From a virus (taxonomy: Duplodnaviria; Caudoviricetes), in the IMG/VR virus record IMGVR_UViG_3300032234_000392, positions 1 through 64,000 of that record: a stretch of DNA of 64,000 bases. One strand, given 5' to 3'. Positions 36,756 through 44,481 of this stretch are shown here, piece after piece. The position numbers and the translations under genes are program-made. Within the stretch, counting starts at the first letter, position 1. Every line of letters begins with the position of its first letter. Under the pieces are notes generated by a model. It made no database searches. It was not told the origin of the DNA and worked only from the letters and a program-made list of their open reading frames with translations.

Positions 36756-37394
36756 TTAGTGTCCTACAAACAGATGCACTGCGTGATTATAATGCTTGAT
36801 ACGATCTTCTAGACCAATAGTACCACCGTTAATACGCTTAGTTAGTGTAAGGATGTCGCCCTTGTCTGCCCACTGGTTGAGATTGTTCTGTTCCCAAAAC
36901 CAGCAAGCTGATTGTACAGCACCTTCAAATGTCTGCAGGTACTCTGGAATATCTTCCAACGGTGTGTCAATACTAGCAGCAAAAATTGTGTAATTGTTTT
37001 TGCCAGTCAACTGAATGAGTCCACGACCTAGGTACTTAAATCCGTCACCACTAGCCTCGTCGCCATTGCCCATGCGATTAGCATAGATACGGCTAGCAAT
37101 AGCTTCTTGCTTGTTAGGATGATTAGCATACTGATTAGCTGTAGCATCATCTGGGAAATACTTAGGAAATACCTTGCGTAGGCTAGCTGCCTTGTAATTT
37201 AAATTTTCTTTAAGGAATTTGAACCCGCCTGACTCATGAGCGCACTGTGCTACAAATGCTGCTACACGTTCTGGTGTGTTAATTTCATATTCAGGAAGAA
37301 TTTCACACAACGCATGATACCAATTATCGATGTAAGGATTCTTACCGATAATTTCATGTAAGTGTTCTTTTTTAAAATCGAATGTAAAACTCAT
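36756..37394 (-). CDS. Endolysin, glycoside hydrolase family 19
   Basis: AQCAHESGGF, ENLNY, YANRMGNG, GRGLIQLTGKNNY, TKRINGG..GLEDR. Confidence 0.9.
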   Translation of the reverse strand: MSFTFDFKKEHLHEIIGKNPYIDNWYHALCEILPEYEINTPERVAAFVAQCAHESGGFKFLKENLNYKAASLRKVFPKYFPDDATANQYANHPNKQEAIASRIYANRMGNGDEASGDGFKYLGRGLIQLTGKNNYTIFAASIDTPLEDIPEYLQTFEGAVQSACWFWEQNNLNQWADKGDILTLTKRINGGTIGLEDRIKHYNHAVHLFVGH

Positions 37395-37396
37395 TG

Positions 37397-38137
37397 TTAG
37401 ATCCTCTTTAATAACATACTACGACTGCCATTGTTGAAAACAAAGTTGTCTCCAATCTTATTAATGCTGTAGTCGCCTAATACTTTAGTTAGCCAAAATA
37501 CTTCGCTGGTTGCTGCTTGATCAACTGAATATCCATCGTCGATGCCTTCTAAGATAGATTCAGTCGCTCCGTCTTTGATCATTTCAAGTTGAACTTTTTT
37601 ATCAAAGTGTTTGTGAATAGTAATAACATTACCGTCTAATGTTAAGTCGTCCATCAGCGTTTTGTTAAAGAAACTCTTAACATTTTCAACCTGTACTCTG
37701 CTCATAAAGTTAGCATATGCTTCTGGAGAAGGAGGTATGTGTGACTTTAGATTTTCTTCAGTAGCTTCGTGTACTGCCGATTCTTTATGATATTTAAATT
37801 TAAAATCATCTAGCCCTGTGAGCTTGCGAACACCGTAGGTAAGTTCTTTAATTTGTTCTGCTAGTTTAGAACTGCGTGATAATTCAACAAATACTGAGTA
37901 TTCTCCGTTGTTGTCTTCACCTGAACTAATGTCAGAGTCTAGAACAAAGTCATAACCTTTTTCAATAAACTCCATTAGGTCTTTGGCTGGACTGCGGTCT
38001 TTAACTTTAAAACTTACAACGCAAACATCTTGATCCTCGCCCATTTTTGAACTAAAAGTATCTACTTCAAAAATAGGGTGTACCATTTCTTGAAGGTCGT
38101 CTGGTCTTAGGCCTTCGTTAAGCTGCTGGTTGCTCAT
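37397..38137 (-). CDS. Hypothetical protein
   Basis: Start reassigned to MSNQQLNE. Confidence 0.65.
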   Translation of the reverse strand: MSNQQLNEGLRPDDLQEMVHPIFEVDTFSSKMGEDQDVCVVSFKVKDRSPAKDLMEFIEKGYDFVLDSDISSGEDNNGEYSVFVELSRSSKLAEQIKELTYGVRKLTGLDDFKFKYHKESAVHEATEENLKSHIPPSPEAYANFMSRVQVENVKSFFNKTLMDDLTLDGNVITIHKHFDKKVQLEMIKDGATESILEGIDDGYSVDQAATSEVFWLTKVLGDYSINKIGDNFVFNNGSRSMLLKRI

Positions 38138-38645
38138 TTGCCATTTCCTGTGCTTGTTGTTCTGCTGGATCAATACTAGCGTTAACACCACTAGCTCCGA
38201 CTATGTCTTCAATTTTGTTTCGATCTAATTCTGTGTACCCACGATTGATGTCGTGCATTAATTTCTTTGGCATGGCAATCTTAACCATCCATATAGGTTC
38301 ATGATCGATTTTGCCTTTACGTGTACCTGGACGAATATCATCGGGTGTTTTAATCTTGCGGACTTTGGCAATTGAGCTTTCAGCTACCTGTACCTTGCAA
38401 CCGTACTCTAGTAAACGCTTTCCGCCTCTAGGTTCTGGCATCTTATCTTCCGGCCACATAAATGTACACTCTACAAAATAGCGTGATTCTTTAGGGCCAC
38501 TAACTAGCTCACCGTCGATCCAGTTTTCAAAAACATAGACATCTAGTTCATCAATAACACGCTCAAAGTCCTTGAGCAAACTAAGGCTATTGTTAGAACC
38601 GTAAATTTGTTCTATATTCTGTATAATATCTTTAATATCAGCCAT
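38118..38645 (-). CDS. Hypothetical protein
   Basis: TAAATA and AGGAG SD upstream. Confidence 0.7.
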   Translation of the reverse strand: MADIKDIIQNIEQIYGSNNSLSLLKDFERVIDELDVYVFENWIDGELVSGPKESRYFVECTFMWPEDKMPEPRGGKRLLEYGCKVQVAESSIAKVRKIKTPDDIRPGTRKGKIDHEPIWMVKIAMPKKLMHDINRGYTELDRNKIEDIVGASGVNASIDPAEQQAQEMANEQPAA

Positions 38646-38721
38646 GATTTCTCCTAATTGTATTTATCGTCAAAATACAAACATAACATATAACTTTTTT
38701 CAGTTATCGTTAAATACTTTT

Positions 38722-38766
38722 GTGTTCGGTCACGGACACTACGGTTTATAGGTCCGTGCCTAACAC
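38722..38766 (+). promoter_or_regulatory. Structured 5' leader of phoH
   Basis: GTGTT..CACGGAC / GTCCGTG..AACAC long hairpin between TAAATA and AGGAGG. Confidence 0.5.
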
Positions 38767-38788
38767 TTACAGGAGGGCTAACCTTAAT

Positions 38789-39529
38789 ATGAAGCGAAAG
38801 AGAGCGCAACAGCAGCAAATTCAGCATTATGATGCTCGGTTTCAGAGCAATGTTATAAATATTGACCATCGATTAAACGAAAAACGTAAACGAGTTCAAA
38901 TATATCCCAAAAACCTAAGTCAGGAAACTTACTTACTAAAACTAAACAATCCCCAGACAATGATTACTTTTGCTATCGGTCCTGCCGGTACAGGTAAAAC
39001 CATGCTGGCTGTGCAGTGGGCCATTGATCAACTCAAGTACAGTGATGTCGATAAGATTATTGTAACCAGACCTGCTGTATCAGTAGACGAGGAACACGGT
39101 TTCCTCCCAGGTGACCTAAATGAAAAAATGGCACCGTGGACCAAGCCTATTTTTGATGTATTTTCCGAAAACTTTTGTGCTAGAGAAATTGAAAATTTTG
39201 TGAGAGAGGGGGTGATCGAAACCAGTCCTTTAGCATACATGAGAGGTCGTACATTTAAAAATGCTATAGTCATTGCTGACGAAATGCAGAATGCAACTCC
39301 AAGTCAGATGAAAATGCTCTTAACAAGACTAGGACAGGGAAGTAAAATGGTAGTTACGGGAGACCTACAACAAGCCGATCGTCCTAGCAACAATGGCCTA
39401 TTAGAATTCTTAGGATTGTTCAACGATTTTAAAGATCATCGATATGTAGATGTCTGTCACTTTACAGTGGAAGATGTTGAACGTCACGAAGCAGTCAAGG
39501 AGATCTTAGCAATCTACGGCGACAATTAA
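38789..39529 (+). CDS. phoH: PhoH-family ATPase
   Basis: GPAGTGKT, TRPAV, GFLPG, YMRGRTF, DEMQN, TRLG, GDLQQ. Confidence 0.95.
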   Translation: MKRKRAQQQQIQHYDARFQSNVINIDHRLNEKRKRVQIYPKNLSQETYLLKLNNPQTMITFAIGPAGTGKTMLAVQWAIDQLKYSDVDKIIVTRPAVSVDEEHGFLPGDLNEKMAPWTKPIFDVFSENFCAREIENFVREGVIETSPLAYMRGRTFKNAIVIADEMQNATPSQMKMLLTRLGQGSKMVVTGDLQQADRPSNNGLLEFLGLFNDFKDHRYVDVCHFTVEDVERHEAVKEILAIYGDN

Positions 39530-39768
39530 TCTTTAGGAAGGTAGGGGGTCAAACGATCCCCTAACATTCTCTTATAAAATTCAATCATGTCATCATAGCC
39601 GGCTTCGGGATTAAGTCCATTTTTGACAACTTTCTTGTCCGCAAGATCTAAAATTACCTTAGCGGACTGTATGTGCTTCATACGGTAATGTCTCTTAAAT
39701 TCAGTAACTTCGTCGTACTTGCCGTTAGGCTTTTGTACGTAGCTAACAATCATATAACGTTCATTCAT
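39526..39768 (-). CDS. Hypothetical protein
   Basis: 80 aa ORF. Confidence 0.6.
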   Translation of the reverse strand: MNERYMIVSYVQKPNGKYDEVTEFKRHYRMKHIQSAKVILDLADKKVVKNGLNPEAGYDDMIEFYKRMLGDRLTPYLPKD

Positions 39769-40279
39769 CTAACTGTTCTACCTCTATTCCTGACTTTCGT
39801 AAAAATTCTGTGCCAGTGCTATCACGGTACTGAGCACCATACCACACACGCTTAATGCCAGACTGGTAAATGAGTTTGGCGCAATCCAAGCAGGGAGCAT
39901 GAGTAATAAACATATCAGCACCCAAGCCACTATCGCTACTTCTAGCCAATTTTGCAATAGCATTCGTTTCAGCATGTAATACCTCTGGTTTTGTTTTTAA
40001 TCTATATCTTTTAGTAAACGCTTGATCAGTGTCGTTCCACTCTGTAAAAGGCCATTGTTCTTCAATCTCGTTAGGGCTTAACCAACCTCCAGCGTCTCTA
40101 CTCATATACTCTTTATCTTCGCAGTTGTTATCCCAACCAGCTGGCATACCATTGTAGCCAATAGAAATAATTCTATCATCCTTGACCACAATAGCACCTA
40201 CATGTAGTCGCTTGGCATGACTAAGTTCTGCGAATGTCTCTGCAGTTTTTATGTATGCTTGTTTAAGTTTTGCTTTCAT
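39761..40279 (-). CDS. dCMP deaminase
   Basis: IGYNG, HAETNAI, PCLDC zinc motifs. Confidence 0.9.
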   Translation of the reverse strand: MKAKLKQAYIKTAETFAELSHAKRLHVGAIVVKDDRIISIGYNGMPAGWDNNCEDKEYMSRDAGGWLSPNEIEEQWPFTEWNDTDQAFTKRYRLKTKPEVLHAETNAIAKLARSSDSGLGADMFITHAPCLDCAKLIYQSGIKRVWYGAQYRDSTGTEFLRKSGIEVEQLDE

Positions 40280-40745
40280 CTATTTCCATCCAAGTGTGAT
40301 CGCCCATGTATTTTACCTGAGCTTGATACTCGTAATCTTCGGGAGCAGAGCTAGACCAATCGTTTGGGCCATTTTGTGTTAACAACGTATGCTGTTTTCG
40401 TTGATCCCAAACCAACCAATACACATTTCCCATCACTGGTTGAAACTGATATACCGCAGCATGAACAGCATCTGTGATTTCTAATCTACGTTTAATAGCC
40501 TGTGCTTGTTTTTCCAACACACTAACTAGTTCTACAATACGATCGTATTCTTGCTGGGCATACATCCTAGCATGATTAATCATCAAATCTTTTTGTTTGG
40601 TTACAGGAACTAGATCAAATTTAACTCCGCCCGCTTCTGTAGGATACTCTGATACATTTCTATTAAAGAATGGTATTAGAGTTCCGTCTATATCAGCATC
40701 AAAACTTTTTCTACCTTTAGCTAAGTTAGATTTTTTATCAGCCAT
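40263..40745 (-). CDS. Hypothetical protein (DUF2452-like)
   Basis: Coiled coil followed by FQPVMG.VY.L...W. Confidence 0.55.
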   Translation of the reverse strand: MADKKSNLAKGRKSFDADIDGTLIPFFNRNVSEYPTEAGGVKFDLVPVTKQKDLMINHARMYAQQEYDRIVELVSVLEKQAQAIKRRLEITDAVHAAVYQFQPVMGNVYWLVWDQRKQHTLLTQNGPNDWSSSAPEDYEYQAQVKYMGDHTWMEIDESKT

Positions 40746-41658
40746 TTAATCTAGATAATCTTACCAGTGTAGCTGAAAGATTAATTTCTGGGTCAGAAAT
40801 TAACGTATGATCTACTAATCCTTGTTTAACAATCATGATAGCCTTGTACTGATTTTCATCGTTGCCAAAAATATCTAAATTATCATAGAGCCACCGATAG
40901 ACATCTTCCATTTCTTCTGCACGTAGTTTACCGCATAACATCTTGCGAGCTTCTGTAATCTTGCCTGCTTTAAATAGCTCTACCATATCAAACTTCCAGT
41001 CAGCGGAACCTGCGTCTCCTTGATTAGGAGAAACTAACCGACCATCTTGAGCATTTTGCTGAAGCATCTGAAGACATTTACGAAGATCAGGATAGGTCAC
41101 TTTAACATAAAGATCTAAAGTGTCAAGATCAAACTCGATATTTTCTTCAACTAAAATTGTTGCAGCTCTAGCGGTAAATTCTGTTTGATCTGTTTTTTCT
41201 ACATGGAATCCCTGACAGCGACTGTGTATTGCTGGAATAATCTTATTAGGGTAGTTACAGGTTAAAATAAATCTACTAGTTGCATGATACTCTTCCATAA
41301 CACCACGCAAGGCTGCTTGAGCATTAGGAGATAAAAAATCAGCCTCGTCAAGTAGTACAACTTTAAATGGACCAAACGGAATCATCTGCACAAAGTTAGT
41401 AATTGGAATACGAACTTCATCTACACCGTTATTACGACTACCGTTTAACTCTAATACATCATAGTCCTCAATACCTATTTCATTAATAAGAATTTTAGCC
41501 AATGTTGTTTTACCAATACCAGCACTACCACTCAAGAGCAGATGAGGAATACTTTTATCTTTAACCCATGTTTCAACTTGTTTGCGTTGATGTGCATCTC
41601 TAAATACATAGCCGTCTATGCTTTTAGGACGATATTTTTCTACCCATAGTTCTTTCAT
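40738..41658 (-). CDS. Clamp loader AAA+ subunit (gp44/RFC small subunit-like)
   Basis: LWVEKYRP, GSAGIGKTT, LDEAD, SRC. Confidence 0.92.
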   Translation of the reverse strand: MKELWVEKYRPKSIDGYVFRDAHQRKQVETWVKDKSIPHLLLSGSAGIGKTTLAKILINEIGIEDYDVLELNGSRNNGVDEVRIPITNFVQMIPFGPFKVVLLDEADFLSPNAQAALRGVMEEYHATSRFILTCNYPNKIIPAIHSRCQGFHVEKTDQTEFTARAATILVEENIEFDLDTLDLYVKVTYPDLRKCLQMLQQNAQDGRLVSPNQGDAGSADWKFDMVELFKAGKITEARKMLCGKLRAEEMEDVYRWLYDNLDIFGNDENQYKAIMIVKQGLVDHTLISDPEINLSATLVRLSRLNG

Positions 41659-41846
41659 TCTTTTACCTGTTTAATAAATTCTTGTGTTATCGAATTTGCT
41701 CGATCGTCTTGAATTGAATATTGGTGTAGTTGATCAGCATTGGATCTAATAGCATCACTTAGACTGCCTACTCCGATTTCTTGTTCAACTAATCGAGCAA
41801 TGTCGTGCAACTGTATTACAGCATCAACTAATTTAAGATTTCTCAT
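41655..41846 (-). CDS. Hypothetical protein
   Basis: 63 aa ORF, coupled to neighbours. Confidence 0.55.
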   Translation of the reverse strand: MRNLKLVDAVIQLHDIARLVEQEIGVGSLSDAIRSNADQLHQYSIQDDRANSITQEFIKQVKE

Positions 41847-42208
41847 TTTATAAAAGGTCCTAGATTAGGCGGTTCCCAACCCAAGGGTTTAAGTACCTTA
41901 CCATCTTCACGCTTCCGGACCTTACCGGTGTCTTTGTCAATCTTAGCAAAGTTGGTACGCATAACTTCTTTCCATGCCCCCTCTGCATCAAACCCAGCAC
42001 TGTGAATAGCACCTATAGTGACAACCAACATGTCAATTAAGGCATCGAGCATTTCTACTCTGTCTTTGGCTATAATTGCTTGATTTAATTCTTCTGCTTC
42101 TTCTTCGATCAATTTAAGATACATATTGAATTGATCTGTATTACCACGATCTACAGTTTGATCGCAAGCTGTCATAAACTTCGCTTGATCGCGAAAGGGG
42201 TTAGTCAT
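41843..42208 (-). CDS. MazG-like / PRA-PH NTP pyrophosphohydrolase
   Basis: EEAEEL...DALID, EVMRTNFAK, REDGKVLKP. Confidence 0.8.
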   Translation of the reverse strand: MTNPFRDQAKFMTACDQTVDRGNTDQFNMYLKLIEEEAEELNQAIIAKDRVEMLDALIDMLVVTIGAIHSAGFDAEGAWKEVMRTNFAKIDKDTGKVRKREDGKVLKPLGWEPPNLGPFIK

Positions 42209-42217
42209 GGTATCTCC

Positions 42218-42460
42218 TTAAGACTTTAATATCTTAATGATACGCTTTTGTTCTTGAGTTGTCAACCACTCTTGTTCCAATTCTCCAAAATTAGGAGAAT
42301 TGCTTAGAGCATGGTCTACTAGTTCTTTAATTTGATATAGGTCTTTTTTAAGTTCAAAGGCAGTGAACCCGTCATTATAGGGACTAGCACACTCTCTGGA
42401 CAGAGCACGAAGTTGCGTGGCAACATCTTCAATGCTCCATGATTTCTTTTTAAGATGCAT
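42218..42460 (-). CDS. Hypothetical protein
   Basis: 80 aa ORF. Confidence 0.55.
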   Translation of the reverse strand: MHLKKKSWSIEDVATQLRALSRECASPYNDGFTAFELKKDLYQIKELVDHALSNSPNFGELEQEWLTTQEQKRIIKILKS

Positions 42461-42879
42461 TAACCTACTCTAGATAAGTTTTGAGGTAAAAAATCTTCTG
42501 GATTAATATTTAGGCTAGAACCGTTTGAAAATTCTTGCCCGATATAAAAGTCATTCGGTCTTTGATCAGCCACGGCCATAATAGATTTAACCTCTACCTT
42601 TTGAAATTCTTTTTCACCTTCGCCGTCGTCAATTTTAATTTTACGAGTCCAGCGACCGTGTTCAATCAAAACCCACTGTCCTGGCTTAACTGCAATTTCG
42701 CAACTTTCGCCAACTTTATAAACTTGTGCCCAACGAGGTTTAACACCGTGTGCCTTACCGTCGTCGCTGGCAATAACAATACCCGCGGCAGTGGTCTGTT
42801 CACCCATATCCATGTTAATAACTAGTATGTCCTTGGACAAGGGTCGAACATTGATTTTTTTGGCTTGAATTCCAAACAT
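42460..42879 (-). CDS. GroES-like co-chaperonin
   Basis: VRPLSKDILV, TAAGIVI, KVG..VKPGQWVLI. Confidence 0.75.
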   Translation of the reverse strand: MFGIQAKKINVRPLSKDILVINMDMGEQTTAAGIVIASDDGKAHGVKPRWAQVYKVGESCEIAVKPGQWVLIEHGRWTRKIKIDDGEGEKEFQKVEVKSIMAVADQRPNDFYIGQEFSNGSSLNINPEDFLPQNLSRVG

Positions 42880-42888
42880 TGTTAGTCC

Positions 42889-43119
42889 TTATTTCTTATT
42901 GCCACGAGACGACACTTCTTCACGAAGTGCATTTGGATTTTGAGCATAATAGTCTTGTAAAACTTGTTCTCTGGTACGAACAATTTTACCGCCCGGTCCT
43001 AGTTCATCTCCTCGAGCATTAACTCGTACATTTCCTACTGCTGGTGTTTTTTCATTACGTAGAGATAATTTCTCCATGTCAATTTCTTTACCTCTTACGC
43101 TAGTGTAAACTCTACCCAT
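42889..43119 (-). CDS. Hypothetical protein
   Basis: 76 aa ORF with AGGAG SD. Confidence 0.65.
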   Translation of the reverse strand: MGRVYTSVRGKEIDMEKLSLRNEKTPAVGNVRVNARGDELGPGGKIVRTREQVLQDYYAQNPNALREEVSSRGNKK

Positions 43120-43588
43120 GTTGTTCTCCTTTGAAGAATTCTTCTATTGGTATATTGTATTTAACGCTGTCTATCTTATGGACCCCAATAAGATGAAGCA
43201 CATAACTTGCTACCGAACTGCCTCGTCCTACACCCCAAACTACGTTATTTTCTCTAAGAGTATCAACAACATATTTCATAACATGTAGTAGATCATACAT
43301 ACCGTTTTTAATAAACAGCTCTAATTCTTGATCTACACGTTGAGTTTGTTCTGTAGTTGTGCATTGAGCATATAAAAATTCTACTAAATTAGGGCAGTAT
43401 TCATTAGGTATAAACCAATGCTTAGAGTTTATTTCTGTTGGAGGGGTTGGGTAGTTTAGTCTTTCACTGTCTATGCGATCTAGATATTTGCTTAAATCGT
43501 CTGAAGTTAGGCAGTGATTCAGTATTTCTGGACCATGCCTTAAAACACCTTGTACTAGTTCTTCAGTAGTGTTAGTTTCAGTCCACAT
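43112..43588 (-). CDS. Stand-alone fragment of DNA polymerase III alpha (DnaE) palm region
   Basis: RVDQEL...WGVGRGSSVASYVLHLIGVHKIDS..Y.I..EEF. Confidence 0.7.
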   Translation of the reverse strand: MWTETNTTEELVQGVLRHGPEILNHCLTSDDLSKYLDRIDSERLNYPTPPTEINSKHWFIPNEYCPNLVEFLYAQCTTTEQTQRVDQELELFIKNGMYDLLHVMKYVVDTLRENNVVWGVGRGSSVASYVLHLIGVHKIDSVKYNIPIEEFFKGEQHG

Positions 43589-43808
43589 TAATCAATTGAT
43601 CCAAGTCGTCATCATTCTGTTTTAGTTTTCGAGCATATCTATTACTGAGCTCGTCTCTATATATTGTAATGAATGTTGACAGTTGTGTCAAGAGATCTCT
43701 ACTGCCCATTCGAGCAGCCGCATAGTATTTTTTGTTCAATTCGATTAATTTTTGCTCAATCTCTGTATCTTTAAGCAAAGATAGATCGCCTTCGAGCGGA
43801 TGAAACAT
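43578..43808 (-). CDS. Hypothetical protein
   Basis: 76 aa ORF. Confidence 0.6.
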   Translation of the reverse strand: MFHPLEGDLSLLKDTEIEQKLIELNKKYYAAARMGSRDLLTQLSTFITIYRDELSNRYARKLKQNDDDLDQLINVD

Positions 43809-44413
43809 TATGAACTAAATTGACCTAAATAATTTAAAAAGACTGTGTTAGCATCGTGTTGCCAAACTTCGATAAAGATTGGGTTGGTAGGAGAAAGTAC
43901 TTTTAACGTTGCTGGAAAATTAGAAGATTTTTTAAACAATGTAGATCCGGATGGTGTAAAATTAATAGTCCACCCAGCAGTTTCTCCTACAGGGCTAAGA
44001 CCATTGCCGTATAATTCCAAAGTAATTTTTCCACAACTGCCAACACCTAGTGCATCAACTTCTGCTGTGGGGAAATCGATTAATTGTATAGCACAGTTGG
44101 TACCAAATTTTATAATATGGTATAACGCCTGTTTAAATGAAACTTCTTGAGTTGCCGCTACAATTGCTGCTCCGTAGTCTCTTTTTAACAGCACTGCATC
44201 TTGTAAAGTGACTGTGGCAACTATATTATAATTAAAATCGCTGGTTGTATCTGTACGAGCTGCATTGTCCTGTAGATCTTCAATTTCAGTTTTTGCTTCT
44301 CTAAAATTGTTTTTAATGGTGTCAAAGTTATCACGAAACACCTGTGTGTCGTTATCCTGCCCAGCTACAGGAAAGTTTTCGTTAATTGCTGCGAAATTAA
44401 TAAGGCTTGTCAA
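43808..44413 (-). CDS. Virion structural protein (tail/baseplate)
   Basis: FPVAGQDND.Q.FRDNF..IK N-terminal motif and coiled coil. Confidence 0.6.
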   Translation of the reverse strand: MTSLINFAAINENFPVAGQDNDTQVFRDNFDTIKNNFREAKTEIEDLQDNAARTDTTSDFNYNIVATVTLQDAVLLKRDYGAAIVAATQEVSFKQALYHIIKFGTNCAIQLIDFPTAEVDALGVGSCGKITLELYGNGLSPVGETAGWTINFTPSGSTLFKKSSNFPATLKVLSPTNPIFIEVWQHDANTVFLNYLGQFSS

Positions 44414-44481
44414 AGTATTTTCTCCACATTACAGGAATACAAGGTATTTATCCTTTATATTACTGCTTAAAATATTTATTT

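Noticed and set aside
38654-38869. 71-aa minus-strand ORF and the 23-aa N-terminal extension of PhoH from 38720
   Set aside because: The region holds divergent promoter elements, a hairpin and an SD, and is better explained as regulatory
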